From an uncultured bacterium (GTDB lineage Bacteria; UBP14; UBA6098), in assembly GCA_964606695.1 (NCBI GenBank), contig CAZSHG010000004.1:97725-161724 (forward strand): a DNA stretch of 64,000 bases. Direction: 5' to 3'. Of the stretch, positions 38,601 through 46,691 are shown one piece after another; the first letter of the stretch is position 1, and each line of letters starts with the position of its first letter. The notes beneath the pieces were generated by a model. It had not been told where the DNA came from and did no database searches. It saw nothing but the letters and a program-made list of their open reading frames with translations. The position numbers and the translations under genes were made by a program.

Positions 38601-41600
38601 CACCCTTCCCGTCTGCGTCGCGCTCCTCACCTGAACCGCGGCTTCTCCGGCGACAGTAAATCCCATAGTAGGCGACAGCATAGCCATAGTTGTATCCGAG
38701 GGCGATCCGGCAATCGTATCGATACTGAAATATACCGGCGTGCCGTCGGAAACGGGCATACCTACACTATCTGAAACAAACGCGCGCAGGAAGGTGGTGG
38801 ACATAGCGTCCGCGACGAGGGAACTGGTATCGGAAGTTAGAGTAACATAACTCGTCGCCGAATTTTCCAATACAATATAAGCTTCTCCGGTAGCGTCCTC
38901 GGCGTGAGCGCGTATTCGCGCTTCTCCGGGACGCCTTCCCGCCATAAATATTATATCGGCGTGACCACTGGAATTAGTCGTCTCATGGTCAGGATCGAGA
39001 TATCCCCTGTTAGCGTCGAAAGTTAGATCGATACCTGCACCAACGGGATTGGCGAATCTATCGAATACTTCGACATGGATATTCGTCGTAGAGAAACTAT
39101 CCGCGGGAAGAACGGAATCTTCCGGTTCTACCAGAATGCTATCGGGCGGACCGGGAAGTAATTCTACCATTACGCTTTCAACTACACCTCCGCCGGCATC
39201 TCCGACAATATAGGCAAGGCCCACATTGCGATTTGCAGTAAACACTGCCTCGAAATAACCGCTATCTGTATGGGCAGTCATCGGAGAGACTGAACCGTAA
39301 GGTCCTAACGAATCCGTCGTAACACTCAATAAAACCGGACTTCCATCGGAAATGGGATTCCCAATTGAATTGGTTACACGCCCCCAAACTCGCGCGGTAT
39401 CGCGTCCATCGGCTATAACTTCATTAGGATCGATATAGAGATACATGAACGCGGCGTTTGTATTCGTGAAATTCACTGTAGTCTGCCCAATAGCGGTTCC
39501 GGAAGTTGCCCAAATCACCGCTGTTCCGGGGGTAATACCGGCATACAGGAAAACCGTAGCTTCTCCAAGTGTATTAGTGTATGCGAGTGTATCGATGGTG
39601 CCGAGAGTAGTGGTAAAGGTAATTGGAACTCCGGCGTTTACCGTATTACCATTAATATCATAGGCCGTAACCAGTATCTGTGTGAATGTATCGCCGTTCG
39701 CAGGTATAGTCGTTGGAATAGCATCAATATCAATCGAAGCTGGAGGTCCCGGGATGAAATCGACGGTCGTTGTTCCAAGAACACTATCGCCTGCGTCCCC
39801 GGTGATAGTCGCTGTTCCTACGGTTGTTGCGCTTCTGAGAGTCGTTACTGCCTCTCCATCTATCGTATAAGCTATACCGGGGAATATAAATCCCAGATCG
39901 GTGGTAAACCTTATCGGCGTATTATCGGGAACGGCGACCATATCCGAATCCTGAACGACCGCATGTATAATCGTCGAACTGAGACCGTCCGCGTTCAATT
40001 GAGCTGAATCTGACATCAGGAATATATACGCCGCGACCAGTTCAGTGAAAGTAAGTTCAGCGTAATCAACATAAGAACCGCTCAGAATACTCGCCATAAC
40101 CGTAGTTGCACCGACCTCGTCAGAATACAGTTCCACCGAAATCTGGCCAAGACTATCCGTATTGCCTGTCGTATAAATGAAGGTTCCCAATGGGGTTGCG
40201 GCAAAGGTTACTGTAACTCTAGGGACAGGATTACCGTATTCGTCATAAACCGTTGCGGTTGCTGTAGCTCTTGAGAAACCGTCCGCAGGCACACTGTCGG
40301 GTGATACTTCGATATCGATTCCCGCCGGTTCTCCGGGTATAAACGATACAAGAGCGCTATCCTCAAGACCATATATACCACCAAAGACATGGGCATCTGC
40401 TGAAATAGTAGGTGCAACCCAATTCACATTTATCATTCCGCTTGTAGTAAAGGCTACATCCGGAATATCTCCAACCGGGCTTCCGTCGAGAACATTCTCG
40501 GTTCTAAAACTAACAATCGTGCCGTCTGCCACAGGATTGCCTGTTGAATCATAAGCCGAAGCCGTAACCACAGAGTAACTCGAACCGTCGGCCTGCACAC
40601 GGTTAGGTGAAGCTGTTACATTGATAAAGGAAGCGATAGGCGGTATCTGCTCGACATCGAACAATTGAGTAGCAGTAATCTGGTTACGGTCATAAGTTGG
40701 ATAATACGGTAAATCCCATTCGCCATAATCATCCGACACATGATTACCGTTACCGAAGAAAGCCTCCATTATTGCGGTTCCGACGTCGTTCGAGGCTCTG
40801 TATGTAGCCATAAATTGACCCTGGCTATCCACAATCGCAGGAGATGTAATGAAACCGGGGGCAATAGGTATATCTTCGTTTGCTTTTAATAAAATCGGCG
40901 TTCCTGGACGTGCGAAGTTTAGATAAACATCTTGAACCGTAGCATAAACGCGACTTCTGGATACGCCGTCTGCAAAGATAGTATCCGGGACAATGGAATC
41001 TATGTAGATATAGACCGGGCAGTCGGCAATGTAATGAACGAATATCGTATCCGCGATAGCTCCGCTATCCGCCGAAGCAATAATCGTATCTACAAGGGCA
41101 ACGGTTGTCGCGAACAATTGGGAAGTCGTGTATCCGTCTGCAGTAAACCCGAAGGGCGGATCTATTTCGCCACGCGCGGCTGTAAAATCGACTCGCGTAT
41201 CATCCGATATAGGTCTTCCACCTGCATCGAAAACGCTTGCACGTAAGCTCGTTGATGTTCCTACCGTTATCTTAATACTATCGGACGTAAGGACTATATA
41301 TGCCGGGCCCGTCGGGACGATTTCAATTGGCACCGTAGCGACAGCGTCGTCTATTGAAGCTCTAATAACAACACGGCCAATTACGGTTCCGCTGGTGAAC
41401 GTAGTCCGTGCGAAACCCGAGTCCGTCGCCATCGGCGAAATAATGCTACCCATAGTATCGGGGATAGCGTCGAATACTACGTCTCTGCCATCCTCGACGC
41501 GGTTGCCATAGGCATCGAAACATTCCGCGGTAATATCGGAAATCTCGCCGCCGACGGATAGCAGGGTATCCGGGTCGGCATCGAGTAAAATTGTCTCCAC

Positions 41601-44600
41601 AGGCCCCGGTTTGATACGAACGGTTTGCGTATCGGCAATACCTCCAATAGAAGCGATAACGACACACGTTCCGGCTAAAGTATCCGGCCGGAATTCAGCT
41701 ACCGCTTCGCCGCCCGCGGTTGATGGCCTCGGTGGGACTATATCCGCCATTCCTTCGGGTTCCACCCGCATCGAAACGAGTGTGCCGTCGCTTATCGGTC
41801 CTCCAGAACTATCATAGACTGTAGCCGTAACGTTCATCGTTCTGCCAATATGTATCGAAGTGCTGTCTATCGAGAGGAATATATCCTCTACAGGTAACGA
41901 GCCAACATAAACCACTTTCGTATCCGTTACTGCTCCTACAGTTGCAGTTACAAGACCGCTACCTTCCATAGTGTCCGAGCGGAATTCTGCCAGCGCCATG
42001 CCCGTATCCGTATCCACCGTAAACGGGACAACTCTTCCGATTTCCGGCGGGATTACGTCGAAATACACCGGCGTTCCGTCGCTAATTGGATATCCGGCGC
42101 TATCGAAGACTTCGGCTTTAACTCCCATCACACTCGACGGGGCTATACGAATGCTGTCGAGTGTCAATAGCACTGTCCCCGCGTGGCCTGCACCTATATA
42201 TACGTATTTCGAATCGGATACCGCGCCGGAAGTCGCTATTATCAGAGCCTCGCCGGATAAAGTCCCGGCCTCGAAACTCGCGGTGGCGATACCGTCCATA
42301 GTGGTCGCATGTTCGGGAGCTATGCTTCCCATTTCATCCGGTTCGACGCTGAATTCGACTATCGAACCGTCGCTGATATGCGATCCGGAAGTATCGAACA
42401 CCTCCGCCTGAATATTCATCGAACCTTCGATAGGCAGGTGTGTGCTGTCGGCCGTGAGATAGAGGAACCCCGATAAGGAACTTGTAAGCCAGATGCCTAT
42501 ATTATTGAAAACCGTCGGGTAAACGGATAATTTTGCTACAACCACTGCTTCTCCGGTAACAAAACGGCTTCGGAAAGTAGTTGTGCATGCGCTTTCAATA
42601 TTCGTGTTAATAGTCGGGCGGAGGATATCGCCCATTCCCTCGCTACCAGCTTCCAATTCAAATTCGACCGTGATTCCATCTCCAGCAGGGTTGCCATGTG
42701 CGTCTGTAACCAGAGCGGCTATTCTACTCGTGCTTGTGCTGTCGGCGGGTATCGTATCCGGTTCCGCCGAAAGATGTATCATTCGCGGAACATCGGGTTT
42801 GAAGGCTATCATCATACTGTCCGTAACATCTTCGGTGTCGCTTATAGCCACCGTCGCCTTGACCCATGTAGTGCCTATAGTAGTTGGAGCAATGAGATAT
42901 ATACGTGCGAAACCGCTTTCCGTAGTAGTGCTGAAAGTGTCGTCCATTGGTGAAAGGAACTCGCCCGGGACAAGCCCGCCATCGGTCGATCGAGGCGATA
43001 TCCTGCCGCGCGGCGACGTAGGTCTTTCAACGTCGTGAGAAATTCTGTTTTCCGCGTCGATCTTATTATCGGGTATATCGGGAGCCGGTCTGAATCTTGA
43101 TGAATATGGGAGGAACGTTCCCAATTCCGTCGAGAAAGTAACTTCGATTCCGTCCGAGCAGGGATTATCGTGCTCGTCCACGACGTAAACACTTATAAGG
43201 ACGCTATCCGCGCCGTTAGCCGTGGCCGAATCGAAATCGGCGAGCATACGTAGATCGCGTGGATAGACCGGGTAGAAATAAATATCGCCTATCCCCGCCA
43301 TCGCACCGGCGGAAGTTGCGGTTATCGTATGCCAACCGGTAACGCGGGAACTTGTGAGAACGGTTTGTGCCTGCCCGGATGCGTTAGTATTGTCGGAGGG
43401 GGGATTAACCGTCCCGCCGCTACCATCGGGGGTAAAGGCAACCGACTGTCCCGCGCCAACGGGGTTATCGTAGGCGTCGTAAACATCAGCCCAAACAGTG
43501 CATGTATCCTCTTCGTCCGCGCGAATACTATCCCGACTGAAGGCAACCTCTATTCTATCAGGTGTTCCCGAGAGGAAGGGAATATAAATCGTATCCGCCG
43601 CCGTTATCACTGTATCGGCAATTAGCGTATCATAAGTTTGATACCACGCGGCTACCATACAAGAGTCGGCCACATAACCGCTTGTCAACAGGACACTGCA
43701 GAAACCGTCGTCGGTGGTTGCTTCTCGATAATCTACCGTGTAAATATTTCTGGTTCTGTTGGTCAGTAAGGGCGTCGCCCTATCGAAACCGACTCCGGAA
43801 AGCGAGCCGAGATCGGTATAGAATTTGATCCGCACGCCGTCGGTAACCGGAGTATAGGCCGAGTCCAGAACCTCTGCGGTGATAGTCGATTGGCTGAGAC
43901 CGTCGGCGGGTAAGCTTGTCGGCGAGGCATTCAACTGTATATGGCGCGGTATAGTATTGGCTAAAAGGACTTCAGTATAACCCGATGCGCTCTGGCACGT
44001 GGCGGTGATTCTCGCATAGCCGGATATTGTGCCGCTGGTAAGCATGGTTGTTGCTTTTCCAAGTGAATCGGTAAGCGAACTGGAGGGGAAAAGGTCGCCC
44101 TTGTCCGTTGAGAAGCTTACGGTTAGTCCCGAGGAAACCGGGTTGCCATAGTCATCGAAAACCTGCGCAGTAATCTTTGTCGTATCAACACCGTCGGCCA
44201 TAATCTGGCTTCTTCCCGGCGTAACAACTATGCTATGCGGAGAACCGGCCACGAAAGTAACATAAGTCGTATCTGAGAGCGTATCGCTTGTTGAGAAAGC
44301 GCTGGCCGTGCATTCCACACGTCCGGCGGTAGTCGAACTCCGCAGTTTCACCCTGGCGTAACCCGATTCGGTATATGCGGTAATCGAGCTGTTGGGACTT
44401 GTATTCATTCCCAAAGTCCGATGGGTGGCTTTTCTGGAATTGACTAAATCGCCTTTGCCGGGCCTTAAGCTGGATAACGAATATTTGGAACCGGTATAGG
44501 GCAAAAGCGCGCCGTTATCGGAAGTGAAGTATATCTCGGTGCCGTCGGGGGCAGGCGCACCGGTTCCGCCGATTGTAACATAGGCGGAAAGCGTTAATTC

Positions 44601-45413
44601 AGATTCGCCGTCGGCGTCGATACTCGTAGGCGATGCCGAAAGGTCTATGAAATCTACGTCGGGGATATCGAGAACCCAAATCGTGGTTGTATCCGCGATA
44701 GAGTCCGCAGTGCCCACGACCGCCGCGGAAATAATGACTTCGCGGGAATCGTTCGGGGCGGTAAAGGTAGCCTCGACTTTTCCATCCGAACCAGTAATGG
44801 GACTCCCACCGGTGAAATCGAGGATCAGGTCGCCCATGTTCCCCTGAAGGAACTTGAAGGTAACGGTCTTATTTTGTAACGGCGTATAAAGGGAATCGAC
44901 GACTCGCGCGGTCAATAGAACCTGGCTGGTGCCGTCCGCATAAACCGTATCCGGCACCGCGGTGAGGAAAATGTATCCCGGATTGGTGAAGTTCGTGGGC
45001 AGGACGGTAATGGTTATCCGTTTAATCCTCTCCTGTTCCGCCGATACCTTTGCCGTTATCGTGATAGTATAGGTTCCGGAGCTGTCCGGCTCGGTCATAA
45101 TAGTCGTTCCCGCTATGCCTTCGTCGTTCGTAATCGGTTCTGGTGAGACAATCGAACCGCCGTTCGATGTAAACTCAACCGGAAGGTTTTTAGCTGGATT
45201 ACCAGAAGTCGCCCCTCTGACCATAACATAGATGTTGGTGAAATCGCCAGCGACAATAGTCGTCTGGTCCGCCCATATGCTGTCGATGATAAAATCCGTG
45301 TCGCCGCCCGGGTCGATATTGCCCTGTGAAGAACAACCTGAGAAGAAAACAACGCTTAGAGCGAGTATTAATACCGCCCCAAGAACGAATTTAAATCTAT
45401 TAGAGTTGGTCAT
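29607..45413 (-). CDS. Giant (5268 aa) surface lipoprotein made of about 45-50 tandem bacterial Ig-like (Big_1, intimin/invasin-type) domains. Putative adhesin.
   Basis: One uninterrupted 15.8-kb ORF. Lipoprotein signal (LILALSVVFFSGCSS). An about 95-100-aa unit with consensus ...TAxVxDxxGNPVxDGTxVxFxT... is reiterated throughout. Confidence 0.85.
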   Translation of the reverse strand: MTNSNRFKFVLGAVLILALSVVFFSGCSSQGNIDPGGDTDFIIDSIWADQTTIVAGDFTNIYVMVRGATSGNPAKNLPVEFTSNGGSIVSPEPITNDEGIAGTTIMTEPDSSGTYTITITAKVSAEQERIKRITITVLPTNFTNPGYIFLTAVPDTVYADGTSQVLLTARVVDSLYTPLQNKTVTFKFLQGNMGDLILDFTGGSPITGSDGKVEATFTAPNDSREVIISAAVVGTADSIADTTTIWVLDIPDVDFIDLSASPTSIDADGESELTLSAYVTIGGTGAPAPDGTEIYFTSDNGALLPYTGSKYSLSSLRPGKGDLVNSRKATHRTLGMNTSPNSSITAYTESGYARVKLRSSTTAGRVECTASAFSTSDTLSDTTYVTFVAGSPHSIVVTPGRSQIMADGVDTTKITAQVFDDYGNPVSSGLTVSFSTDKGDLFPSSSLTDSLGKATTMLTSGTISGYARITATCQSASGYTEVLLANTIPRHIQLNASPTSLPADGLSQSTITAEVLDSAYTPVTDGVRIKFYTDLGSLSGVGFDRATPLLTNRTRNIYTVDYREATTDDGFCSVLLTSGYVADSCMVAAWYQTYDTLIADTVITAADTIYIPFLSGTPDRIEVAFSRDSIRADEEDTCTVWADVYDAYDNPVGAGQSVAFTPDGSGGTVNPPSDNTNASGQAQTVLTSSRVTGWHTITATSAGAMAGIGDIYFYPVYPRDLRMLADFDSATANGADSVLISVYVVDEHDNPCSDGIEVTFSTELGTFLPYSSRFRPAPDIPDNKIDAENRISHDVERPTSPRGRISPRSTDGGLVPGEFLSPMDDTFSTTTESGFARIYLIAPTTIGTTWVKATVAISDTEDVTDSMMIAFKPDVPRMIHLSAEPDTIPADSTSTSRIAALVTDAHGNPAGDGITVEFELEAGSEGMGDILRPTINTNIESACTTTFRSRFVTGEAVVVAKLSVYPTVFNNIGIWLTSSLSGFLYLTADSTHLPIEGSMNIQAEVFDTSGSHISDGSIVEFSVEPDEMGSIAPEHATTMDGIATASFEAGTLSGEALIIATSGAVSDSKYVYIGAGHAGTVLLTLDSIRIAPSSVMGVKAEVFDSAGYPISDGTPVYFDVIPPEIGRVVPFTVDTDTGMALAEFRSDTMEGSGLVTATVGAVTDTKVVYVGSLPVEDIFLSIDSTSIHIGRTMNVTATVYDSSGGPISDGTLVSMRVEPEGMADIVPPRPSTAGGEAVAEFRPDTLAGTCVVIASIGGIADTQTVRIKPGPVETILLDADPDTLLSVGGEISDITAECFDAYGNRVEDGRDVVFDAIPDTMGSIISPMATDSGFARTTFTSGTVIGRVVIRASIDDAVATVPIEIVPTGPAYIVLTSDSIKITVGTSTSLRASVFDAGGRPISDDTRVDFTAARGEIDPPFGFTADGYTTSQLFATTVALVDTIIASADSGAIADTIFVHYIADCPVYIYIDSIVPDTIFADGVSRSRVYATVQDVYLNFARPGTPILLKANEDIPIAPGFITSPAIVDSQGQFMATYRASNDVGTAIMEAFFGNGNHVSDDYGEWDLPYYPTYDRNQITATQLFDVEQIPPIASFINVTASPNRVQADGSSYSVVTASAYDSTGNPVADGTIVSFRTENVLDGSPVGDIPDVAFTTSGMINVNWVAPTISADAHVFGGIYGLEDSALVSFIPGEPAGIDIEVSPDSVPADGFSRATATATVYDEYGNPVPRVTVTFAATPLGTFIYTTGNTDSLGQISVELYSDEVGATTVMASILSGSYVDYAELTFTELVAAYIFLMSDSAQLNADGLSSTIIHAVVQDSDMVAVPDNTPIRFTTDLGFIFPGIAYTIDGEAVTTLRSATTVGTATITGDAGDSVLGTTTVDFIPGPPASIDIDAIPTTIPANGDTFTQILVTAYDINGNTVNAGVPITFTTTLGTIDTLAYTNTLGEATVFLYAGITPGTAVIWATSGTAIGQTTVNFTNTNAAFMYLYIDPNEVIADGRDTARVWGRVTNSIGNPISDGSPVLLSVTTDSLGPYGSVSPMTAHTDSGYFEAVFTANRNVGLAYIVGDAGGGVVESVMVELLPGPPDSILVEPEDSVLPADSFSTTNIHVEVFDRFANPVGAGIDLTFDANRGYLDPDHETTNSSGHADIIFMAGRRPGEARIRAHAEDATGEAYIVLENSATSYVTLTSDTSSLVADAMSTTFLRAFVSDSVGMPVSDGTPVYFSIDTIAGSPSDTTMAMLSPTMGFTVAGEAAVQVRSATQTGRVWFTACTHDSVDTTCGGIFIDMVPGPVDSIDAWAEDSALVANGEDFTIVHAILYDRYDNPVGSGVRVDFSATGANISPVYGYTNSRGEVTAVLTATSVPTIARVDITAEGIHAVVTVNIGISPPAYLSLRASPRKIAADGESYSVITARVLNELGQPVSDGQIVVFHSVDSTGADFGVIDTLETTTDGNAVVSLYSEPSTGTAWVSARIDTTLSDTINVWFVPGPPHHVEVIPEYPILTADGVSASACTIKVMDEYDNLVEAGTRVDITVGPSTSLGSVIPPYVYTDNDAPSVVTFRAGVSTGIAVISADVSGGPTGAGLIELRPLEVAEIDVFADSLSMTANGLNTCLVHAYALNDSGTAVSDSTPIYFYSSGGTIFPGVGYSSMGEGVVTLRSPSRSNLEPDTIIAYVGDPWDPTDSMAVADTTLINFVPGPPHVIEVTPSKLSLIADGMDTCSVTAIVRDVQGNRVKNGKIVIFESNLGTIDTLGVTVTDTLIDSTGVVTVLLRSGTTPGTAVITATCEGAIGIGHIDFVPFGIGDVFVSIEPDIIPADRHSTATISGVVRDSIGNPIMYMTPVHLYPIPDSAGTNYGFISPATVYTDSGEFVTEFSADTTAGVCDIVAEVYIGNDTIADTTWCELIPGDPHIIDIWPTPAVIPADSFSVATCSVYVYDRYYNAMTAGTEVDFEASMGILSRTSDETNSRGMVIFDLMSTYNVGVARVTARAGDARGDTFVEFTRSDSAVNDIAITVENPILQADGFSQTAVQANVYDTLGNPMSDRTRVDFSMIPDGFTSPPTPADTFGNLIPEVGYTESGEANTTFRVKTIRGRVWIKGAVGAAVDSVRDSVLVQILPGDLSYITFIPDTDVIAANGRDNTGLTATLYDDFNNPLMSGHNVSFGTDLGSIYPTSTMTNSVGEAFTTLTAGTDPGTARVWASSGDAFEITPITIRQSDVGYLLMTADPVVVTADGMSQSVLTCDVYDTEGSPASDGTEVYFQVHPADTGGTVVSPKLTLGGSCVTSFTSSTDVGYGEAWIVGKVYTPGDSIMDSVRVFIHPGSAATIEIWGDSTHVPQDTLNADGWDHMYVYARVNDQYGNHLRAGQEVTFTTSLGTITSSAITDTSGIARVVLTSGLNPGDAVIMAHSGSAVGYNQINFRPTTVSNIIVYSDSSSLTADGVSSTSVRAHVYSPGGYLVSDETLVDFVVPSGLAYAEPNEAYTDSGIAITTIRADTIAASSVQILAIADDDTGTVNIRLDPGVANRIIAYAQDSVLYADGASVTAVECTVYDRFSNPVRPGTPVSFETTLGSVIPTGYTNSAGYVFTRLTAGTEVGDALITIRCQEAIQFVDVRLDSLIADEIVMTINPAILQGDGTSTANVKAWVYSSGLYVSDGTRVSFTQDTSGSFIRGIITPRIVFTDAGTVHVELTAPIGVGTGRIIANVGATVADTFEVTYQAGEPAIIIFDTMYTTTLPADGSGYPVVVHVYDEYTNPVDIGTAVTFETSRGEIISPVAVDSTSGSARTLVSSTEAGPAFITARSEGAVASKPYEFTTLDADLISIVANPVRLTADGVSTSNVLATVFNIDSLGRTRPVSDNTPVTFQNIGSGILSPTTCYTEGGKVTTALLSSVIAGYDTVIASVSATLADTAVVEFTPGPPAIVSFIPPIRDMYADGADTQLVTVEITDAFGNTVSPGLSVNFGITIGSITSPSATDTLGRASAVVVSSADFGTASISATCGGAAGYATLNFIPLIADTLYLVVNPPTLTANGSDNADLTAVVFDTSGYPVSDGTIVKFSTSDGIVSPVIGYTAGGVATSTLIASTTPSDSVFVVASAGTTAVDTTMARFIPGPPEIMYIEASDTVIVANGADTTSIMVYVQDIFGNSVGSGVAVNFSASLGTIPSTAYTDTLGRARARLLSGTSAGFSNITASAGATGANILIEFAPTDVGDVLLTVSPSRLTADGTSTAGVTCYVLDTVGVPVSDGTPVRFSELNLGSISPLFATTVDGVVYGTVTSYTSVGWDTLVATSGDSTDTVSIEFVPGDPYLIRMWPADSSLLANETDTTRIYGVVYDEEGNPVNAGQIVNLSINPSDYGTITPVTATNDTGAFDIRFRAGRYAGMAVITANCGSATGITQVELMPTTVADIGLSIDTRYMDADGISSTNVRAFVTDSTGFEIADGTIVRFTQLVPPGNVEALIVPNRQDTEGGQATVELYAPTIAGSTYVYAYIPMGSDTVCSDTQSVYFSPGEAAVVRFDTSFVQLIADGADTLSDSAWVEDAFGNPIPDQAVNFTLEFGYVSPPIAVTDGNGGVRFRITSPDSVGSTYLMATSGGATGYLPIDFVPDSVDTIILSITPRGLPADGSSTADVRALVLDSDGNPIANGVIVRFTADLGLITPFDYLSGGIAEALLVAADTSGVDTIKATCLGETSRVAVTYEAGSPADIELSVVPDTATVGSTTSSVVSGMVTDGVGNPVAAGTYVYLTVDSIGTGSIADPIVAVDDSGYFSTFYTPGLKAGMTGVTATVDEITAHANILLKAGPPHTMDIDVSRDFIYIRGVGEIDQAVIEAVIFDQYDNPVRDSCAVIFRIVDYPIGGSINPELIPGGGLVSDTVYTMAGRASVAARSGDRSGSMVIEAVAYIPAGGSIDSRAPRITIGSGLPYHVSVSVGDCNVPGFDTDGVANSVMAIVTDVYDNPVAPGTAVWFTALQGAVTTSSVTDDSGFAFATWYSSSPRDSGIVTISAETRDTSGTRADTTFFYNSGPADSISISISPYMVYADATGTAEIQVSIWDVNRRPVVNGTSVNVIADWGTASSPVTSINECYGSYAISNYTGANLFRDDYANQDTARIVDVTANIGGVTANNVVYLKHDLPNSSHSSITAPSEVPYNTSYLVSTRIVDQWDNPIAGESVTLSAASASGGGNAVTGATGETSWTLTAPDSTAPSTDVLMVTINSTGAVINTSVTYVSRRRRPEYDPEVSDSATVPERAVIRRNEFYIREED

Positions 45414-45582
45414 AATAAAACTCCTCGAAAAAGCTAATATACGAAAGTTCCTATATACCTTATGATTATACTAATTCTCTTGAAGTGATTTGTCAAGCAC
45501 TAATTCCAAATAATTAATGTTTTAATGTATTGTCCGTGTTTGAAGCGCTCCGAAATGGCACGGATTAAAGCGAGCACGCATC

Positions 45583-45600
45583 TATATTATATATATATAT
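45583..45600. repeat. (TA)n dinucleotide tract (tatattatatatatatat) in the upstream region of the giant adhesin gene.
   Basis: Read directly. It lies about 170-190 bp upstream of the adhesin start codon (minus strand) in the 312-bp intergenic region. Confidence 0.8.
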
Positions 45601-45725
45601 TGGGATTTTACAACTTTTCGGACTCGTTTATTGACGGCGCGAGGAACGCCTTCGTTGGAAATAGGCGTTCGAAGCCCAAAAAGGTCATAAACAGGCGATT
45701 TGCGTGATATAAACGTGATATAAAA

Positions 45726-46691
45726 TCAGAACTCGAGGCGGAGCGTATCGCGGAAAATTCCTTTAGCTCCGAAGCTTTCTTTGAATCGTGCAAGGCCAAA
45801 ATTCGGCTCCATATCGAGAGTATAGGTGCCGAAATCGAACCATGAAAAACCACGTTTACTCGCCCATTGGAAAATTTCCCAGAAAAGCAGATTTAACGGG
45901 CGATATTCCTGATGTTCCTGGCTGTGGCTTATATAAAAAGCAATAACCGCCCGTGGATTTACCTCCCAGACAGTAACGCCGGCGAGGATTTCGCCGTTGA
46001 GAATAGCGTTGAACTGGTGTATTCGATCCGTGAAACGCGACTTCAAATCGAGAAGCTCTTCGAGAGAATGGGTTGGAGTAACGTTGTGGCGAGCGTATAG
46101 ATTAGCTGATAAGACTTCATAGAATCCCGGAATATCGCCATTTAAGCTGATTTCAACTCCGGCTTTAATGGCTTTGCGCGTAGAGGTCCTCGCCGGCGGG
46201 CGAAACAGGGAGAAATTATCTTCGGAATCGGGGTAAATCCTGAGAACCGCAGTAAGTTCTCTCTTCACAAAACCGGCACCGCGAACGATCAATGCGAAAT
46301 CCTGATGCTCTTCCGGCAGATCGTGGTATATAAGCGGAACTCTGGTAAATTCTACGCCCTCGAAATCGTTCTTTTTAGCCCATTCGATCCACAATTCTAC
46401 CATTCGCGATGTCGCCTCGACACCGGCTTTACAGCTCAATGCGATACCGCCGAAACTGGCTCCGGGATGGCTCACATAAATCCTCTTGCCTTCGCGATTT
46501 CTTGTGGCTCCCGGGAGAACTCCCATCCAGCAATTCCGATGTTCAAAAACCAGATGTCGATGTTCGAATCTTTTCGGAGGATGATAGCCGAGAAATCTCT
46601 GCGTATGAAAAATCGTGCCGTTATTGGATTCCTCGACGAAGGCATCCCACTTTTTCGACATTTCGGGCTTGTATTCGACTATCTTCATCAA
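45726..46691 (-). CDS. FemAB-like / GNAT-fold acyltransferase (PF13480-like).
   Basis: 321 aa. The two-lobed GNAT-like pattern resembles peptidoglycan-bridge or aminoacyl-transferase-like proteins. Weak, fold-level call. Coupled to the upstream beta-propeller gene with a 4-nt overlap. Confidence 0.45.
   Translation of the reverse strand: MMKIVEYKPEMSKKWDAFVEESNNGTIFHTQRFLGYHPPKRFEHRHLVFEHRNCWMGVLPGATRNREGKRIYVSHPGASFGGIALSCKAGVEATSRMVELWIEWAKKNDFEGVEFTRVPLIYHDLPEEHQDFALIVRGAGFVKRELTAVLRIYPDSEDNFSLFRPPARTSTRKAIKAGVEISLNGDIPGFYEVLSANLYARHNVTPTHSLEELLDLKSRFTDRIHQFNAILNGEILAGVTVWEVNPRAVIAFYISHSQEHQEYRPLNLLFWEIFQWASKRGFSWFDFGTYTLDMEPNFGLARFKESFGAKGIFRDTLRLEF

Noticed and set aside
29607-45413. 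Dozens of 60-180-aa plus-strand ORFs (for example 30006..30428, 36942..37490, 42583..43038) inside the giant adhesin gene.
   Set aside because: They lie antisense to a single uninterrupted 15.8-kb ORF with clear repeat-domain architecture. They have low-complexity or Arg/Ser-rich translations and no independent signals. They are frame artefacts of the repetitive coding sequence.
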